From: Oscillospiraceae bacterium
GTDB taxonomy: Bacteria; Bacillota; Clostridia; Christensenellales; Aristaeellaceae
Length of the DNA: 31,849 nucleotides
Assembly (NCBI GenBank): GCA_031282605.1
Contig: JAITDK010000267.1
Coordinates: forward strand, 1-31,849
Direction of reading: 5' to 3'
The notes beneath the pieces were generated by a model that saw nothing but the letters and a program-made list of their open reading frames with translations, was not told where the DNA came from and did no database searches. Positions 28,198-31,849 of this stretch are shown here, one piece after another. A program made the translations under genes and the position numbers. Position 1 is the stretch's first letter. Each line of letters starts with the position of its first letter.

Positions 28198-28234
28198 GGA
28201 AAACCCCTCCGCCGCTGCGGCGAAGGGGTTTTCC
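28198..28234. terminator. Probable bidirectional intrinsic terminator
   Basis: ggaaaacccctccgccg-ctg-cggcgaaggggttttcc, with T-runs on both strands, between the convergent paaI and ABC genes. Confidence 0.75.
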
Positions 28235-28249
28235 CAATAGTTTTCGCCT

Positions 28250-30172
28250 TTAGAATGAGGCGGCTTGATCGCGGGAGGACTGTATCAAGTCTACTTGATG
28301 TTGCTTGATCCGGTATATCTTGTCGCAGATCTGGAATACGCTCGGGCGGTGCGTCGTCAGCACTACCGTTTTAATCTTGGAGTCCGTGAATATATTGTTC
28401 AGCACTTCTTTCTCTGTGTAAATGTCCAGCGCGGAGGTCGCTTCATCCAGCAATAGTATCGGCGCGCCGCGCAGCAACGCTCGGGCTATCGCCAGCCGCT
28501 GCGCCTGCCCTTCCGATAACCCTAGACCGCGCTCGCCCAGCTTGCTGTCCAGCTTGTCCGGGCTGCGCTCTATAAAGTCCCACGCGCACGCCTGCTTCAG
28601 CGCGGCGATGATCTCCTCGTCCGACGCGTCCGGATTACCCAGCAGCATATTGTCGCGTATCGTTCCGGAGAACATCGTGTTCCCCTGCGGTACGTACGAG
28701 AAGAACGCGCGCGTCTCCACCGATAACGGCAGCGTCTGCCCGCCCGGCGACGTCAGATACGCTTTACCTGAATTCGGCTCCAGCAGCCCGAGCATCAACC
28801 GCACCATCGTCGTCTAGCCCTCGCCCGACGGCCCTACCAGCGCCACTGACTCGCCTACGTTCACCGCGATGTTCGCGCGATCAAGCACCGTCTTGCCCTC
28901 GATGTATTCAAACGACAAATCCTCCACCATCATCCCCATGCCGCCCTGCTTCTTTGCAAGCTGCTCGAACTGCGACACCGCTTCCGGCTTCTGAGTACGG
29001 TCGCGCGGCAGATCGAACAGCTTGATTACGCGTTCGGCGCTGGCCGTTATCTCGATCGCGCCCATTATGAAACCCATGATCGCGTTTACCGGACCCGCCA
29101 CCTGCCCGTACAGCAACGAATACGCGGCCAGCACGCCGTATGTCAATTCACCTTCAAGTATCCTGTACAGCATGAATACGGTTATGCCATAACCCACTAC
29201 GCGTCCTACCAGCCCCAGCATCAATCCGGTCACTATGCCGTACCTGGTGCGCTCATACGTCAGGTCATACATCTTGTCGTGTATTTTGCGGTAGCGCTTC
29301 AGGAACTCAGGCACCAGCATGAACGACTTGACGACCATTATGTTGTACATAGACTCGTTCAGGAACGAGCTGTTCTCGCTGCCCAGTTCCAGCGAACGCT
29401 TGTTGTAATCGCGCGTGCGTTTCGCCTTTACGCGGATCACGAATAAGGACATCGGCACGCCTATCAGGGCTATTATCATCATCTTCCAGTCGAAGTAGAT
29501 CAGCATGGCGCTGGCCGCTATAAACTGGACGCACTGCACTACCAGCGACGGTATCGTGTTTAGCACAAACCCCGATATGGTGTCGGCGTCGCCCGCGATA
29601 CGGTTGACCAGATCGCCCGAGTGGAACCCGGCCAGGCTCATCCAATCGGCCTCAAGAACCGCCTTGAATACCAGCCTCTTGATCCCCAACCCGCAGTCCA
29701 TCGACAGCCTCAGCGTAAAGAACTTCATGAACAGCGACCAGCAGAACATGACGATCTTGTACAGCACATACCCGACGACGATCCATATCGCCCACGGCGG
29801 AATCAGGTTGAGCGCCCACGTGACGGTTCCCCAGAATCCGCGAGCCATCGCGTTGCCGAATTGCTGCTGAGCGAAGCTGATTAACTCCGGTATCTGCCCG
29901 ACAACCCAGTCCGCCAGCCATTTATACAGGTACGCGTACGCCACGCCCAGCAGCGTGAAGAATATCGACAGCGACAGCAGGAACCCTATCCGACCCTTGT
30001 ACGGCTTGCCGAATGTGGTCATCCACTTCAGCTGCTTCTTCATGTCGGTCCAGTTAATGGGATCGACGTCGTCCTGCTGGAATTGGACGAGGCGGTTGAT
30101 CAGGCCTTGGATGAACCCGTCCGCCTTGCCCTGCTTCTCTTGCTTTTCCTGCTTTTCCTGATTGTCTTGCAT
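28250..30172 (-). pseudogene. Fused TMD-NBD ABC exporter (type IV) interrupted by an in-frame TAG at the Walker A lysine; pseudogene or base-call error
   Basis: ORFs 28814-30172 and 28250-28807 are in the same frame and read GPSGEG-TAG-TTMVRLMLGLL. Downstream motifs YVPQG, LSEGQAQR, LLLDEATSALD and TTHR are intact. Start at ATG 30172 behind AGGAGG. Confidence 0.85.
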
Positions 30173-30180
30173 AAGTCCTC

Positions 30181-30657
30181 CTATATCCGTTTTACCGCGC
30201 GAACCAGCGCGAACAGTATCCTCCGCAGCGGACGCAGCGCCAGCCATACCCGCCCGTACAGTGCGGCCGCGGGCGAGTCGGCCTTTATGAACCGACCGTT
30301 CCTGCGCAGCATTACCACCTTTGCGTATATCCTCTCGCGCGGGATCGGGCCTTCCAGCCATACCTGGCCGTCGCCGCTCAAGATCGCGCCGCCTGACACC
30401 GCCTTGAGTACGCGATGCATTACCTGGCTGCCGTCGGCGCGCTGGGCATAAATAATCTGCCCGCGCTTAGGCGGCCAGTCCACGTCGGTATAGGGCGCGA
30501 GCACGACCGCATCCTTCATGTGATGCAGCGTCGGGATCATGCTGTCGCCGGTTACGGTCAGAGTCACCGAACCCAGCAGCGCCAGCGAGCCGCGCAGAGC
30601 GTCCAGCCCGGGATTACTTGGCGGCGCTTCGGGGAAGTTCAAGGGTGCGGTCAGCAT
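30181..30657 (-). CDS. S24/S26-family peptidase (SipW/Sec11-like Ser-His type) without an N-terminal membrane anchor
   Basis: VTGDSMIPTL (catalytic Ser), VMHRV (His) and SGDG; basic amphipathic C-terminus; RBS GGGAGG. Confidence 0.82.
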   Translation of the reverse strand: MLTAPLNFPEAPPSNPGLDALRGSLALLGSVTLTVTGDSMIPTLHHMKDAVVLAPYTDVDWPPKRGQIIYAQRADGSQVMHRVLKAVSGGAILSGDGQVWLEGPIPRERIYAKVVMLRRNGRFIKADSPAAALYGRVWLALRPLRRILFALVRAVKRI

Positions 30658-30696
30658 ATCGTCACCCTCCCACCGCCGTCACTACTGTCACCACTG

Positions 30697-31578
30697 TCAC
30701 CAATCGAGGTAGGCTTCCAGCGCCTCGACCGCGCGGACATCCGGCGTGCAGCTGAGCAGCGGCATCGGCACGCCGGTCAAAACCCGTTCGACCGTATCCA
30801 TGCCCAGGTTGAACAGCCGCTCGTCCCACAGCGGCAGCGACGTCCCCGCCAGTATGTATTGCAGACCCTCCGTATGACTCAGAGGGCGAACCGTGTTGAC
30901 GGGAGCCTGCGCGAGCGCGACCAGCGCGGCCAGCTTGACGCTGGCGTTTTCGTATATCTCGCTGGAACCAGCCCATGGCGAGCCGTACGCGTATATCCCG
31001 TCGGGATGGGCGCGCAGTATCGCGCGGTCGCCATTAAGGATGCGCGCGCCGCGGTTCTCGCGCCATAGATTCGCTTGAGTGGACTTGCCCGTCTGAGACG
31101 GCGCGGTGAACGCGACGCCGCCGCGTTCGGTCTCGATCAGCGCGCAGTGCAGCATGATCACGCCGTGGCTGAGCAGCATCTTCTCAAACAGGAACGCGTT
31201 GCCGTAATTCTCGTAGTCGAGCCAGTTATCCGGGATGAACACCTCCGCGCGCGTGTAATCGTTCTGAGGCATCAGCGTCCACATACAGCGGGGATCGCCC
31301 TCCCGCATCGCCGTCCGTTTGACGAGACGATCATTCCACAGGTACAGGCGGTTAACCAGATCCTCGCTGATCAAATCCATCGCGTCCTCGGCGGGAACGG
31401 GTGAATGAGCCGGGGCGCCGGGGTCGTATGCCCGCAGCGTGATAGCAAGGTCAGGCTCGCCGTCAAAGGCATGTCCGTCCTTCAACGCGAACGGTTCGAA
31501 TGACGCGAGCGGCTCGATTCCTGGCAATTCGCTTATCGACACATTCAACCCCGCTATGTTGTAACAATGCCGCGCCAC
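30697..31578 (-). CDS. HPr-kinase-like P-loop protein (lasso-peptide-kinase / ScmC-like family)
   Basis: MLHCALI, Walker A APSQTGKST, LNGDRAIL, GSPWAGSS and L.Q...N.V..L; GTG start at 31578 behind GAGGGG. Confidence 0.78.
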   Translation of the reverse strand: MARHCYNIAGLNVSISELPGIEPLASFEPFALKDGHAFDGEPDLAITLRAYDPGAPAHSPVPAEDAMDLISEDLVNRLYLWNDRLVKRTAMREGDPRCMWTLMPQNDYTRAEVFIPDNWLDYENYGNAFLFEKMLLSHGVIMLHCALIETERGGVAFTAPSQTGKSTQANLWRENRGARILNGDRAILRAHPDGIYAYGSPWAGSSEIYENASVKLAALVALAQAPVNTVRPLSHTEGLQYILAGTSLPLWDERLFNLGMDTVERVLTGVPMPLLSCTPDVRAVEALEAYLDW

Positions 31579-31620
31579 CGTATCCCCTCTCAATACAGAC
31601 AGAATAATTCCCTTTACGCG

Positions 31621-31649
31621 ATTATAGCATATCATTCACGTATTGTCGA
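31621..31649 (-). promoter_or_regulatory. Sigma-A promoter of the kinase-peptidase-ABC operon (extended -10)
   Basis: Minus strand: TCGACA, 17-nt spacer, TATAAT preceded by TGc; 42 nt upstream of the kinase start. Confidence 0.7.
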
Positions 31650-31717
31650 TAATTTGCGATATGGTTTTCATTGCCTGTTCATAAATGAGCGGAATCTAAC
31701 GGGCATGGAGGTTGTTT

Positions 31718-31849
31718 TTGAACGCCGGGCGCAGCATAGCAAGAGCGCGTCCGCTTTGCGGCATCGGAACCGACTTCGTTGAACGCCTAATAGCCGCCGT
31801 TCGACGGGGTTCCCCCCGTCGAGTCAGCGATATCTATGGTTATATCAGC
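31718..31849 (+). CDS. Possible 5' end of a divergent gene running off the window
   Basis: GGAGG (31707-31711), 6 nt, TTG; the frame stays open to the end: MNAGRSIARARPLCGIGTDFVERLIAAVRRGSPRRVSDIYGYIS. No family recognised. Confidence 0.3.
   Translation, partial: MNAGRSIARARPLCGIGTDFVERLIAAVRRGSPRRVSDIYGYIS

Noticed and set aside
28814-28816. Pyrrolysine or alternative genetic code read-through of TAG
   Set aside because: ftsW, the FHA gene, manA, lysR, tilS, the 18311 gene and paaI all end normally at TAG; no pyl genes are in the window; and Pyl is unlikely to substitute for the catalytic Walker A Lys.
28250-31578. Complete lasso-peptide biosynthetic gene cluster
   Set aside because: No cyclase, RRE/PqqD, B2 protease or precursor ORF is visible; only accessory-type genes are present.
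31801-31822. Intrinsic terminator upstream of the kinase operon
   Set aside because: The stem is strong but has no U-tract on either strand, and it may lie inside a plus-strand ORF.

Overview
A GC-rich (roughly 60%) chromosomal window from a probable Firmicute of the class Clostridia. The taxonomy is inferred from the tilS-hpt-ftsH order, the FHA-rodA-pbp cluster, DUF3810 and sigma-A-type promoters. The left half (1-16.7 kb) is mostly housekeeping: class B PBP (partial), FtsW/RodA, a degenerate FHA protein, manA, a secreted hypothetical protein, a diacylglycerol-kinase-family lipid kinase, a YxjG/H-type MetE-like enzyme with an MtaR/MetR-like LysR, rmuC, a TIM-barrel isomerase, a DUF3810 metallopeptidase, a ~245-bp multi-hairpin palindromic element, a C4 zinc-ribbon protein and tilS-hpt-ftsH. 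The right half (16.7-31.8 kb) is an accessory cell-surface region with four parts: (1) two tandem paralogous secreted proteins directly behind a DUF368 (PopT-type) undecaprenyl-phosphate translocase; (2) a 2150-aa SdrD-B/Cna-B repeat protein with no recognisable C-terminal anchor, whose promoter is backed by an AT-rich array with ~10-bp phasing; (3) a PaaI thioesterase; (4) a self-contained three-gene operon of an HPr-kinase-like P-loop protein, a soluble SipW-like S26 peptidase and an ABC exporter. This operon resembles the accessory part of a lasso/PqqD-type RiPP cassette but has no precursor, RRE or cyclase in view, and its ABC gene has an amber codon exactly at the Walker A lysine. I found no rRNA, tRNA, CRISPR array or transposase. 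Family names come from motif recognition, not database searches.
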